Assembly: GCF_030013205.1 (NCBI RefSeq)
Contig: NZ_CP122648.1
Source of the DNA: Escherichia coli
Lineage (GTDB): Bacteria; Pseudomonadota; Gammaproteobacteria; Enterobacterales; Enterobacteriaceae
Length of the DNA: 64,000 nucleotides
Reading direction: 5' to 3' (one strand)
Shown here: positions 24,831-33,739 of the stretch, in pieces
Layout of the letters: each line of letters starts with the position of its first letter
Position numbering within the stretch: the first letter of the stretch is position 1
Made by a program: the position numbers and the translations under genes
The notes under the pieces: model-generated
Seen by the model: the letters and a program-made list of their open reading frames with translations, nothing else
Databases searched by the model: none
What the model was told of the DNA's origin: nothing

Positions 24831-24939
24831 TTTGCAAGCCTTTAATCTAATTCATGGAAAGGGGCATTCACTTGCCCTGTATCCAGTAAACTGACATAAC
24901 ACGATATAAGCAAGCTCCGTAATTCTTTCATGTTAATCA

Positions 24940-27258
24940 TCAATGGTCCATTGTGAATCCCGGCCACTCATCAGCGACCGGATACGTGAATTTTTTACCG
25001 TCGTAATTTACAGTCGCGCCACGCGCCAGCGCCTCAAGCTCCCATCTCTGAGGCCTGATACCGTTCTGAGCAAGGTCTACGCGGATACGGGTAATTTGCA
25101 TTCGTTCTGACCGGGTCAGTCTGGCCGATGGTGCAATTTCATGCGGTTTTAACGGGCTTCCGTTTCTTTGCTGACGGTTTGGCGTTCTCAGGTCGTATTT
25201 TAATGCGCCCCTGAGCGCCCTCACGACCTCCGGTTCATTCCATTCAATAACACCGTCATCAACCAGATTAAGCACTGCTGCGGCGTGCTCAGAAGGAGTG
25301 GGAGCCGGTAACGAAGTATCACCGCTGGTGAGCTTTCCACAGTTATTGACAGGACTCCGAGGCGCGGCGATGCCGCTTTTTAAAGTCAAAGGCTCAACGA
25401 CCGGAACTTTCGGCACAATGCGCCAGTCCGTCGTTCTGGTGATATGAATATGACGCGCGCCGAGATGCGGCGCGTAAATGCCGACCACTCTCTCGACTTC
25501 TTCCTCGTATTCGTTAACGTCATCCGACGGGCTACGGGCGACCCTGACAGTCTGACAATCGCGCGGGACATTTGCCCCGCCCTGCGCGCTGATATACAGC
25601 GCAAAATCGCCACTGTCTGCGGCGGCGCGTGCAGCCTCCACGCGTTCGTCAAATTCATCAGCAATGCTGACGCCGCGAGGCAATTTACGTAGCTCACGGT
25701 AAGCTCCCATTGTCGGCAGGCCAACCGTTTTAAATTGCGGGATGCGCCACGTTGATGCCCATGCGGTAACAGCCGCCGCAGTATCTTTCAGCGGTCTGCC
25801 GGTATCGTTATCGAGCTGACCATCCAGTGCATAGCCGTCGATATTTTTTGAAATGTATTTCGCGATATATCCCGCAGCACCGCCCCGGTTAAGGTGTTTT
25901 GCCTGAAAACGGTTTCGCGCGGCTCCTCTTTCGTCGCCATCCTCTTTGAGCGCATAGCGACGCATGATTTCGATAATCTGGTTACGCTGGCGTGGATTAC
26001 AAAAAAGCATCATATGCCAGTGCGGCGTTCCGTCGTGGTGTGGCTCGACGACTCGCAAACCGTAGACCTGTAAATCATTATCCTTGAATGCCGTGCGCAT
26101 CAGGCTCCAGATACGGCAGAGATAACGCTGCGCATCCTTTGGATTAAATGCCTCATCATTCCAGCCGTGATTAAGCTGGACGGTTTTATTTTCGCCTTTT
26201 CCGACCTGACGTGTCGGGTGATACTTTGACGGCGCGGTAAGCGTGATAAACATCCCCACATCACCCTCTGAGGCGGCGTAACGCTCAATACCGGCAATGG
26301 TGTTCATCAGCTCCATCCGGCGAATTTCAGGATTAGAAATACTGCCCATCACCTTACTGATAAGGTCGATGCGCTCGCCGGTTTCCCTGTTTTCAAGGTC
26401 ACACGATTTAAGAAATTCCAGATTTGCCTGGCGGCGCGCACGCACATCACGAATGGCGTGTTTACTGGCATAAGGAGAACGGTCTTTATTGACCTCCCCG
26501 ACAGCTATCAGTAACGCTTCATGCCAGCGCATACGCTGGCCTTTAAGCTGATGAGTCCACCACTCATCGTTAAACAGACGGGCAATTGCAGAATATGCCT
26601 GCCTCGTGGTCATCTGTCCTTTACGGTATTTTTTCCAGTAGAGAGGGGAAATATTGAAAGCACGTGCAGCACCAGCAACATGACCATAGAGGTGAGCCTG
26701 CGCCTCATCCGTAAACAGCGATTCTTTTTCGCCATGCGCATCCACCCAGGCATCGCTGAGTTCCTCATACATCATGAAAAGCTGCGATGAGATACGGGCA
26801 GCAAACTTTTTCAGCTCCTTGTCATTCATTCCCGGCAGGCGCGCATAGTGGTCACGCTCTGCCAGAAACAGTAACGACGCGTCGGTGTTCATTTCATGGC
26901 GCTGATTCACACGCTCAATGCGCGGCCATAAACGACGCTGAAAAGTGGATGTGAGGAAATAAAACCCGTGCACCGGGCTTTTATTGCGCCGGATGTAGTC
27001 ATAGCGTGAAGTAAACAGCGAGCGCAAAAAGTAAGGCAGGCGGTTAATCGTGGATAAAACACCTTGCACCTGACGCATCTCGTCACGTGTAAGGGGTCTT
27101 TCGCGCCCGACAGCCTCGCGTGGCGCGTTCCATGCATAAGCACCTGTAAACGCCTTACCGGTGCCTGCGGCAAATGCTGACGGAGGGACAAAACGTCCGG
27201 AGGCTTTAACGGCCATGTGAGCCAAAAGCCTCTGAACAACGCTTGCTGAGTTGCTCAA
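24940..27258 (-). CDS. P2 gpA-like rolling-circle replication initiator
   Basis: 772-aa ORF at the expected position downstream of orf80-83; exact start uncertain. Confidence 0.8.
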   Translation of the reverse strand: MSNSASVVQRLLAHMAVKASGRFVPPSAFAAGTGKAFTGAYAWNAPREAVGRERPLTRDEMRQVQGVLSTINRLPYFLRSLFTSRYDYIRRNKSPVHGFYFLTSTFQRRLWPRIERVNQRHEMNTDASLLFLAERDHYARLPGMNDKELKKFAARISSQLFMMYEELSDAWVDAHGEKESLFTDEAQAHLYGHVAGAARAFNISPLYWKKYRKGQMTTRQAYSAIARLFNDEWWTHQLKGQRMRWHEALLIAVGEVNKDRSPYASKHAIRDVRARRQANLEFLKSCDLENRETGERIDLISKVMGSISNPEIRRMELMNTIAGIERYAASEGDVGMFITLTAPSKYHPTRQVGKGENKTVQLNHGWNDEAFNPKDAQRYLCRIWSLMRTAFKDNDLQVYGLRVVEPHHDGTPHWHMMLFCNPRQRNQIIEIMRRYALKEDGDERGAARNRFQAKHLNRGGAAGYIAKYISKNIDGYALDGQLDNDTGRPLKDTAAAVTAWASTWRIPQFKTVGLPTMGAYRELRKLPRGVSIADEFDERVEAARAAADSGDFALYISAQGGANVPRDCQTVRVARSPSDDVNEYEEEVERVVGIYAPHLGARHIHITRTTDWRIVPKVPVVEPLTLKSGIAAPRSPVNNCGKLTSGDTSLPAPTPSEHAAAVLNLVDDGVIEWNEPEVVRALRGALKYDLRTPNRQQRNGSPLKPHEIAPSARLTRSERMQITRIRVDLAQNGIRPQRWELEALARGATVNYDGKKFTYPVADEWPGFTMDH

Positions 27259-27481
27259 CCTGCACGTTTAAATCAGCAAAAGACTTTGCGCTTCCGGTCA
27301 GAATATCGTGATGCATCAGGCCTGAAACGAGCTGGCTTAATTTCGGGTAATAACCAACCACCGCCAGCCATTCCTGACCGGCGTTTTTACCGCTTTCAGC
27401 TCTCTTTTTCTCGTGGAGAATAAACTGAAAGCTGTCACTGGTAACGACATAACGTTCGCCAATTTCAATACGAATACTCAT
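27206..27481 (-). CDS. phage early protein (P2 orf83 position)
   Basis: 91-aa ORF immediately upstream of A. Confidence 0.45.
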   Translation of the reverse strand: MSIRIEIGERYVVTSDSFQFILHEKKRAESGKNAGQEWLAVVGYYPKLSQLVSGLMHHDILTGSAKSFADLNVQVEQLSKRCSEAFGSHGR

Positions 27482-27702
27482 GCCGTTCTCCGGTAATGTT
27501 TGTTTTTTGCTTCAAAGACTGACTGACAGGAAACACAACGCGTGGCTGACGGGTAAGCCGCACGACGGGCAGCAGGTATTGGCGCGTCACACTCTTCGCA
27601 AACCAGCGCAGAAGCACCGCAATGTTTTACCCTTGCCGCGTTAATCTGGCGCTCCAGTAATTCAGCCTGTTGTTCCTGAATAAAATCTACGTTGTCCGGC
27701 AT
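27478..27702 (-). CDS. DksA/TraR-type C4 zinc-finger protein (P2 orf82 position)
   Basis: CEECDAPIPAARRAAYPSATRCVSCQ four-cysteine motif. Confidence 0.55.
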   Translation of the reverse strand: MPDNVDFIQEQQAELLERQINAARVKHCGASALVCEECDAPIPAARRAAYPSATRCVSCQSVFEAKNKHYRRTA

Positions 27703-28007
27703 TACCAGTTCCTTTTGTCGTTCAGTTTTTTAAATTCATCAGCGCAATAGCTGGCGATTTCTGTCGTTAATTTCGTCAGTTCATCCACGGAGGAAATTTG
27801 CTTGTGAAATACAGCGCGTTTAACAAGTAAATTGACCACATCAGACAGGAGGTTTAATTCACTCTGATAAATCGCGATAACAGATTCAGTTATTTCGCGT
27901 TTTTCTTTATCAAGACCAAGTTGAATAAGAGACAAATCGCCATTTTTCATAACGGCGATTTTTAAGGCATTGTTCAGTAAAACAACTGAACGAGAACAGG
28001 ACATCAA
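27702..28007 (-). CDS. phage early protein (P2 orf81 position)
   Basis: 101-aa ORF, translationally coupled to its neighbours. Confidence 0.4.
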   Translation of the reverse strand: MMSCSRSVVLLNNALKIAVMKNGDLSLIQLGLDKEKREITESVIAIYQSELNLLSDVVNLLVKRAVFHKQISSVDELTKLTTEIASYCADEFKKLNDKRNW

Positions 28008-28261
28008 AGCACCTCCCCGCGAGACAATCCGATGTTGTGAAATTTTTCCGACTCCTGACTGAGCAGCTCGACTATCTCCACGCGGGATAACTCCGCCTTT
28101 GTGATGTGGCGAATCATGGCGTCAAGATGAGAAGAAAAGCGCGTCGCTGCATCGGCCTGTGCTTCGGTTCTGGCCTGTTGCAGCAGTAATGCGTATTTAC
28201 CGCACTGATTTTCAGAAACTGTATGCATGACTTTCTCCAGGCAAAAAGAAGCCCCGCACAA
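28004..28261 (-). CDS. phage early protein (P2 orf80 position)
   Basis: 85-aa ORF in the early operon. Confidence 0.4.
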   Translation of the reverse strand: MCGASFCLEKVMHTVSENQCGKYALLLQQARTEAQADAATRFSSHLDAMIRHITKAELSRVEIVELLSQESEKFHNIGLSRGEVL

Positions 28262-28291
28262 TTAAGTGCGTTAAAAACTCTGGTTAATTAC

Positions 28292-28798
28292 TTAATGCAG
28301 ATATTGCTCTGGTTTTACCGACGTCAGAATTGTCGGTGCATACTCAAACAGGCTGAATAATTCACGTAATGCACGGAATAAAGCATCACGCCAGTAACAT
28401 GACTCTTCATTAATTCGCCAGTATGGCTGGTTGAATTCTTTTTCAGTCAATCCGGCATGCATAAATAAAGTGCGACGCTGACTGACTGTTAAAAAACTAA
28501 TATATGCATACTCACTTGCGCCAACCTGACGGCGTTTTGAGAATGCCCCACGCAATTCATCAATTGCACAAACCAGCCGTTCACGTTCGACGTCGTTCAT
28601 TTCTTCAAAACGCATCGTTGCGTGACGCTGTTTTAACTGCGCATGAAAGCAAACCGTTAGCCGTTCGCGCTCCATCATCTGATTATAATAATCACATGTA
28701 TCCTGCCAGCGAGGAACGGCAAGATGCTTACCAATTATCCGGCGCATAGCTGCTGGCTGTTTTTCAACGAGATTGAGCGTCATCACTGTCATTTCCAT
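28292..28798 (-). CDS. P2 gpB-like replication protein (helicase-loader role)
   Basis: 168-aa ORF at the gene B position (P2 B is ~166 aa). Confidence 0.5.
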   Translation of the reverse strand: MEMTVMTLNLVEKQPAAMRRIIGKHLAVPRWQDTCDYYNQMMERERLTVCFHAQLKQRHATMRFEEMNDVERERLVCAIDELRGAFSKRRQVGASEYAYISFLTVSQRRTLFMHAGLTEKEFNQPYWRINEESCYWRDALFRALRELFSLFEYAPTILTSVKPEQYLH

Positions 28799-28986
28799 AC
28801 CCTCCGGCTTTTCAGAAAGGTCAGAGCCTTTTTTAACGGACTCTGTTTTTTGGTGCGGATAATGATTCCCTTACGCCCCTTACCGTGGGTGATGGTGAAG
28901 TCAATCGCCCTTGGGCTTTCGTTACGCAGTAACTGAGCAATACAACGCGGTTCACTCATAATCACAACCCCATCCACAAAAGCCAT
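28789..28986 (-). CDS. phage early protein (P2 orf78 position)
   Basis: 65-aa ORF between cox and B. Confidence 0.35.
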   Translation of the reverse strand: MAFVDGVVIMSEPRCIAQLLRNESPRAIDFTITHGKGRKGIIIRTKKQSPLKKALTFLKSRRVWK

Positions 28987-29234
28987 GCATCACGCTGTTC
29001 AACTGGTCGGTTATAAAACGCCTCTCGTACAGCGCGATTAAACTCTGGAATGAAAACCCACTTCTCACCGACACGAGCGTTCGGCTTACTTGGATCACGA
29101 AGCTCAATAACTGGCAATTTATTCTCTTTTACCATCTTGACTACAGCCGTTTCTGGCTTACCAAGTAACTCTGCAAACTTAACCGTATGTACCGCATCAA
29201 TCGGGTACTGAATCACATAGTCATTGACTTCCAT
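28962..29234 (-). CDS. cox: Cox-like excisionase/transcriptional regulator
   Basis: 90-aa translation with KLPVIELRDP...WVFIPEFN...AWLLWMGL; divergent from C. Confidence 0.7.
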   Translation of the reverse strand: MEVNDYVIQYPIDAVHTVKFAELLGKPETAVVKMVKENKLPVIELRDPSKPNARVGEKWVFIPEFNRAVREAFYNRPVEQRDAWLLWMGL

Positions 29235-29386
29235 TGATTAGCCCTTTTTGCTTTCGTGTTACCCTTATTAGATCCAGTCCCTTCTAGGTCGCCCCTGTCC
29301 TTTCTAGGGACTGGCTAACACACTCAAAAGGTCACCAATACACAACCTTTTGACGGGAATATAAGTCACCAATAGGTTACTGTCAA

Positions 29387-29680
29387 ATGCAGACATTCGA
29401 AAAACTGAAAGCGATTAGGAAAGCAGAAGGCTTAACACAGGCGAAATTCAGCGAAATTAGCGGGATAGCTCTAGGAACAGTCAAAAATTACGAAAGTGGG
29501 CATAAAGACCCTGGTCTCAGCATCGTTATGCGAGTCACAAATACGCCTTTATTTAAAAAATATACGCTCTGGTTAATGACTGGTGATACGTCACCACAAG
29601 CTGGTCAGATCGCGCCGGCTCTCGCACACATTGGGCAAAAACCAACAGAATCAGACCACTCCGAAAAACAGACTGGTTAA
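29387..29680 (+). CDS. P2 C-type immunity repressor (HTH)
   Basis: 97-aa translation with N-terminal HTH and the C-terminal KYTLWLMTG...GQIAPALAH segment typical of P2 C-like repressors. Confidence 0.75.
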   Translation: MQTFEKLKAIRKAEGLTQAKFSEISGIALGTVKNYESGHKDPGLSIVMRVTNTPLFKKYTLWLMTGDTSPQAGQIAPALAHIGQKPTESDHSEKQTG

Positions 29681-29749
29681 CACTCTATAAACATTATATT
29701 TTCACCATTTGTTACCAAGATGGTGAATACAGCGTCAGAGGGCTTTCTT

Positions 29750-30730
29750 ATGTCAATTAAGAAGCTCGATGATGGACGCTATGAAGTGGACATTAGACCT
29801 CGCGGTCGCGACGGAAAACGCATCCGCAGGAAATTTGAAAGAAAAGCTGAGGCTGTAGCATTTGAGCGATACACAATCGCCTACGCCAGCCAGAAAGAAT
29901 GGGCAGGTCAGCGAGCAGATCGCAGAACTTTGAGTGAGTTGCTGGACATCTGGTGGAAATATCACGGGCAAAACCACGAGCATGGAACAAAAGAGTTTAA
30001 TCATCTGCTCAAAACCATCAGCGGCATAGGTGATATACCAGTGAGCCGGATGAGCAAAAGAGCTTTGATGGATTATCGTTCCATGCGACTACGTGATGGT
30101 ATCAGTGCCGCAACGATAAACCGTGACATGTACCGATTATCCGGCATGTTCACAAAATTAATTCAATTGGATGAATTTTCCGGGCAACACCCAATTCACG
30201 GACTGCCGCCACTGGCGGAGGCCAACCCTGAAATGACGTTCCTGGAAAAAGCAGAAATCGAAAAACTGTTAAATGTTTTGGATGGTGATGACTTACTTGT
30301 CGCACTTTTATGTCTGAGCACTGGAGGAAGATGGACGGAAGTTGCCACGCTAAAACCAGCACAGATTACAAATTGCAGGGTTACCTTCCTGAAAACCAAA
30401 AACGGTAAAAAGCGAACCGTGCCGATTTCTGAGGAACTGGAGAAAAAAGTTAAAGAGGAGGCCAGCGCTAAATTATTCAAAGTTGATTATGAGAAGTTTT
30501 GCGGGATTTTACGCAGAGTGAAGCCAGATATACCACCCAATCAGGCAACCCACATCCTGCGGCATACATTCGCAAGCCATTTCATGATGAATGGGGGCAA
30601 TATAATCGCACTGCAACAGATTCTGGGACATGCGAGCATTCAGCAGACGATGGCCTATGCGCACCTTGCGCCTGACTACCTGCAAAATGCCGTCGCGCTG
30701 AATCCTCTAAAAGGCGGAGTGACGTTATAA
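29750..30730 (+). CDS. int: P2-type tyrosine integrase
   Basis: C-terminal HILRHTFASHFMMNGGNIIALQQILGHASIQQTMAYAHLAPDY (R...HxxR...Y catalytic signature); adjacent to attR. Confidence 0.88.
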   Translation: MSIKKLDDGRYEVDIRPRGRDGKRIRRKFERKAEAVAFERYTIAYASQKEWAGQRADRRTLSELLDIWWKYHGQNHEHGTKEFNHLLKTISGIGDIPVSRMSKRALMDYRSMRLRDGISAATINRDMYRLSGMFTKLIQLDEFSGQHPIHGLPPLAEANPEMTFLEKAEIEKLLNVLDGDDLLVALLCLSTGGRWTEVATLKPAQITNCRVTFLKTKNGKKRTVPISEELEKKVKEEASAKLFKVDYEKFCGILRRVKPDIPPNQATHILRHTFASHFMMNGGNIIALQQILGHASIQQTMAYAHLAPDYLQNAVALNPLKGGVTL

Positions 30731-30744
30731 ATTTCCCTTCTGAG

Positions 30745-30763
30745 TGTCCACATAGTGTCCACA
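30745..30763. promoter_or_regulatory. tandem TGTCCACA-type repeats (putative integrase arm-type sites) next to int
   Basis: tgtccacatagtgtccaca; paired with the similar element at 12575-12593. Confidence 0.35.
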
Positions 30764-30845
30764 CTCTCAGAACTTTGTAGCCCTTCCAGTCCCTTATAGG
30801 TTTTCTTAAGTTACTGTTTTCTTACGGAAACTGATGTAAGTGATT

Positions 30846-30892
30846 GATAAAAAAAACCCCCACATCATGTGGGGGAAGACAGGGATGGTGTC
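30846..30892. repeat. attR: 47-bp direct repeat (copy 2); doubles as the cpxP terminator hairpin
   Basis: Exact identity with 12480-12526; on the minus strand it reads as hairpin plus U-run just downstream of the cpxP stop. Confidence 0.85.
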
Positions 30893-30908
30893 TATGGCAA
30901 GGAAAACA
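30849..30908 (-). ncRNA. cpxQ: probable CpxQ sRNA (processed from the cpxP 3' UTR), ends at the terminator inside attR
   Basis: Position between the cpxP stop and its terminator; CpxQ is known to derive from this 3' UTR; boundaries approximate. Confidence 0.4.
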
Positions 30909-30915
30909 GGGTTTA

Positions 30916-31416
30916 CTACTGGGAACGTGAGTTGCTACTACTCAATAGCTTCAACGATGAACTTTTTTGCCATTGCGTCACGTCACGCAACTGCTCCATT
31001 CGTTGTTGATGTTTCTCATTTAAAACCGCTTGCTGCTCCGGCGTTAACAGGCGATACATTTGGTTGCGGACTTTTGCCATCTCAACCTGACGAGCAATTT
31101 GCTCATTCGCCATTTTTTCTGCCTGTGCGCGCACAGCGTTTTCATCAAAATTTTCTGCGGTGACAAGGCGATGCATTGTCTCCAGTTCGCTAACATTAAC
31201 AGGAGGCTGTTCGTGCCGGGCCTGTTGCATAAGATCTCGCATCTGCTGACGCTGATGTTCGGTTAAACTTATGCCGTCGAACATATGGCTCTGCGTACTG
31301 CGCTGCGTAAGTTCTTCACCCGGATGCCAGTTATCGCCTGAACCGACTTCAGCAGCGTGGCTTAATGAACTGACTGCCAGCGTTGAGGCCATGACGGCAG
31401 CGGTAACTATGCGCAT
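30916..31416 (-). CDS. cpxP: periplasmic stress adaptor CpxP
   Basis: Translation [21 protein letters not shown]... with [15 protein letters not shown]; divergent from cpxRA. Confidence 0.93.
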
Positions 31417-31495
31417 CATTTGCTCCCAAAATCTTTCTGTCGCGATTCAACGATAGAGAGTTTACGATTCAGGCTGCAAACATGCGTCAGGGGGT

Positions 31496-31510
31496 GTAAA
31501 ACAACGTAAA
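31496..31510. promoter_or_regulatory. CpxR box GTAAA-N5-GTAAA in the cpxP/cpxRA divergent promoter
   Basis: gtaaaacaacgtaaa matches the CpxR consensus exactly. Confidence 0.6.
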
Positions 31511-31565
31511 GTCATGGATTAGCGACGTCTGATGACGTAATTTCTGCCTCGGAGGTATTTAAACA

Positions 31566-32264
31566 ATGAATAAAATCCTGTTAGTTGATGATGACCGAGA
31601 GCTGACTTCCCTATTAAAGGAGCTGCTCGAGATGGAAGGCTTCAACGTGATTGTTGCCCACGATGGGGAACAGGCGCTTGATCTTCTGGACGACAGCATT
31701 GATTTACTTTTGCTTGATGTAATGATGCCGAAGAAAAATGGTATCGACACATTAAAAGCACTTCGCCAGACACACCAGACGCCTGTCATTATGTTGACGG
31801 CGCGCGGCAGTGAACTTGATCGCGTTCTCGGCCTTGAGCTGGGCGCAGATGACTATCTCCCGAAACCGTTTAATGATCGTGAGCTGGTGGCACGTATTCG
31901 CGCGATCCTGCGCCGTTCGCACTGGAGCGAGCAACAGCAAAACAACGACAACGGTTCACCGACACTGGAAGTTGATGCCTTAGTGCTAAATCCAGGCCGT
32001 CAGGAAGCCAGCTTCGACGGGCAAACGCTGGAGTTAACCGGTACTGAGTTTACCCTGCTCTATTTGCTGGCACAGCATCTGGGTCAGGTGGTTTCCCGTG
32101 AACATTTAAGCCAGGAAGTGCTGGGCAAACGCCTGACGCCTTTCGACCGCGCTATCGATATGCACATTTCCAACCTGCGTCGTAAACTGCCGGATCGTAA
32201 AGATGGTCACCCGTGGTTTAAAACCTTGCGTGGTCGCGGCTATCTGATGGTTTCTGCTTCATGA
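31566..32264 (+). CDS. cpxR: response regulator CpxR (OmpR family)
   Basis: 232-aa translation MNKILLVDDDRELTSLLKELLEMEGF. Confidence 0.96.
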   Translation: MNKILLVDDDRELTSLLKELLEMEGFNVIVAHDGEQALDLLDDSIDLLLLDVMMPKKNGIDTLKALRQTHQTPVIMLTARGSELDRVLGLELGADDYLPKPFNDRELVARIRAILRRSHWSEQQQNNDNGSPTLEVDALVLNPGRQEASFDGQTLELTGTEFTLLYLLAQHLGQVVSREHLSQEVLGKRLTPFDRAIDMHISNLRRKLPDRKDGHPWFKTLRGRGYLMVSAS

Positions 32265-33634
32265 TAGGCAGCTTAACCGCGCGCATCTTCGCCATCTTCT
32301 GGCTGACGCTGGCGCTGGTGTTGATGTTGGTTTTGATGTTACCCAAGCTCGATTCACGCCAGATGACCGAGCTTCTGGATAGCGAACAGCGTCAGGGTCT
32401 GATGATTGAGCAGCATGTCGAAGCGGAGCTGGCGAACGATCCGCCCAACGATTTAATGTGGTGGCGGCGTCTGTTCCGGGCGATTGATAAGTGGGCACCG
32501 CCAGGACAGCGTTTGTTATTGGTGACCACCGAAGGCCGCGTGATCGGCGCTGAACGCAGCGAAATGCAGATCATTCGTAACTTTATTGGTCAGGCCGATA
32601 ACGCCGATCATCCGCAGAAGAAAAAGTATGGGCGCGTGGAACTGGTCGGTCCGTTCTCCGTGCGTGATGGCGAAGATAATTACCAACTTTATCTGATTCG
32701 TCCGGCCAGCAGTTCTCAATCCGATTTCATTAACTTACTGTTTGACCGCCCGCTATTACTGCTGATTGTCACCATGTTGGTCAGTACGCCGCTGCTGTTG
32801 TGGTTGGCCTGGAGTCTGGCAAAACCGGCGCGTAAGCTGAAAAACGCTGCCGATGAAGTTGCCCAGGGAAACTTACGCCAGCACCCGGAACTGGAAGCGG
32901 GGCCACAGGAATTCCTTGCCGCCGGTGCCAGTTTTAACCAGATGGTCACCGCGCTGGAGCGCATGATGACCTCTCAGCAGCGTCTACTTTCTGATATCTC
33001 TCACGAGCTGCGCACCCCGCTGACGCGTCTGCAACTGGGTACGGCGTTACTGCGCCGTCGTAGCGGTGAAAGCAAGGAACTGGAGCGTATTGAAACCGAA
33101 GCGCAACGTCTGGACAGCATGATCAACGATCTGTTGGTGATGTCACGTAATCAGCAGAAAAATGCGCTGGTTAGCGAGACCATCAAAGCCAACCAGTTGT
33201 GGAGTGAAGTGCTGGATAACGCGGCGTTCGAAGCCGAGCAGATGGGCAAGTCGTTGACGGTTAACTTCCCGCCTGGGCCGTGGCCGCTGTACGGCAACCC
33301 GAACGCCCTGGAGAGTGCGCTGGAAAACATTGTTCGTAATGCCCTGCGTTATTCCCATACGAAGATTGAAGTGGGCTTTGCGGTAGATAAAGACGGTATC
33401 ACCATTACGGTGGACGACGATGGTCCTGGCGTTAGCCCGGAAGATCGCGAACAGATTTTCCGTCCGTTCTATCGGACCGATGAAGCACGCGATCGTGAAT
33501 CTGGCGGTACAGGTTTGGGGCTGGCGATTGTTGAAACCGCCATTCAGCAGCATCGTGGCTGGGTTAAAGCGGAAGACAGCCCGCTGGGCGGTTTACGGCT
33601 GGTGATTTGGTTGCCGCTGTATAAGCGGAGTTAA
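32261..33634 (+). CDS. cpxA: sensor histidine kinase CpxA
   Basis: 457-aa translation with H-box SHELRTPLTRL; start overlaps the cpxR stop. Confidence 0.96.
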   Translation: MIGSLTARIFAIFWLTLALVLMLVLMLPKLDSRQMTELLDSEQRQGLMIEQHVEAELANDPPNDLMWWRRLFRAIDKWAPPGQRLLLVTTEGRVIGAERSEMQIIRNFIGQADNADHPQKKKYGRVELVGPFSVRDGEDNYQLYLIRPASSSQSDFINLLFDRPLLLLIVTMLVSTPLLLWLAWSLAKPARKLKNAADEVAQGNLRQHPELEAGPQEFLAAGASFNQMVTALERMMTSQQRLLSDISHELRTPLTRLQLGTALLRRRSGESKELERIETEAQRLDSMINDLLVMSRNQQKNALVSETIKANQLWSEVLDNAAFEAEQMGKSLTVNFPPGPWPLYGNPNALESALENIVRNALRYSHTKIEVGFAVDKDGITITVDDDGPGVSPEDREQIFRPFYRTDEARDRESGGTGLGLAIVETAIQQHRGWVKAEDSPLGGLRLVIWLPLYKRS

Positions 33635-33639
33635 ACTCC

Positions 33640-33735
33640 GCATTTGTAGGCAGGATAAGGCGTTTACGCCGCATCCGGCATTTGAGCAGGATGCCTGATG
33701 CGACGCTGATAGCGTCTTATCAGGCCTACACTCCG
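33640..33735. repeat. REP element(s) between cpxA and yiiM
   Basis: gcaggataaggcgtttacgccgcatccggca / gatgcctgatgcgacgctg...cttatcaggcctac palindromes. Confidence 0.5.
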
Positions 33736-33739
33736 GGGA

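Larger units (their letters stand above)
12480..30892. mobile_element. P2-like (Peduovirus-type) prophage, tail/lysis-deleted, flanked by 47-bp direct repeats
   Basis: P2 gene order int-C-cox-orf78-B-orf80-83-A ... Q-P / O-N-M-L-X ... T-U-D-ogr recognised from translations; identical 47-mer at both ends. Confidence 0.88.
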
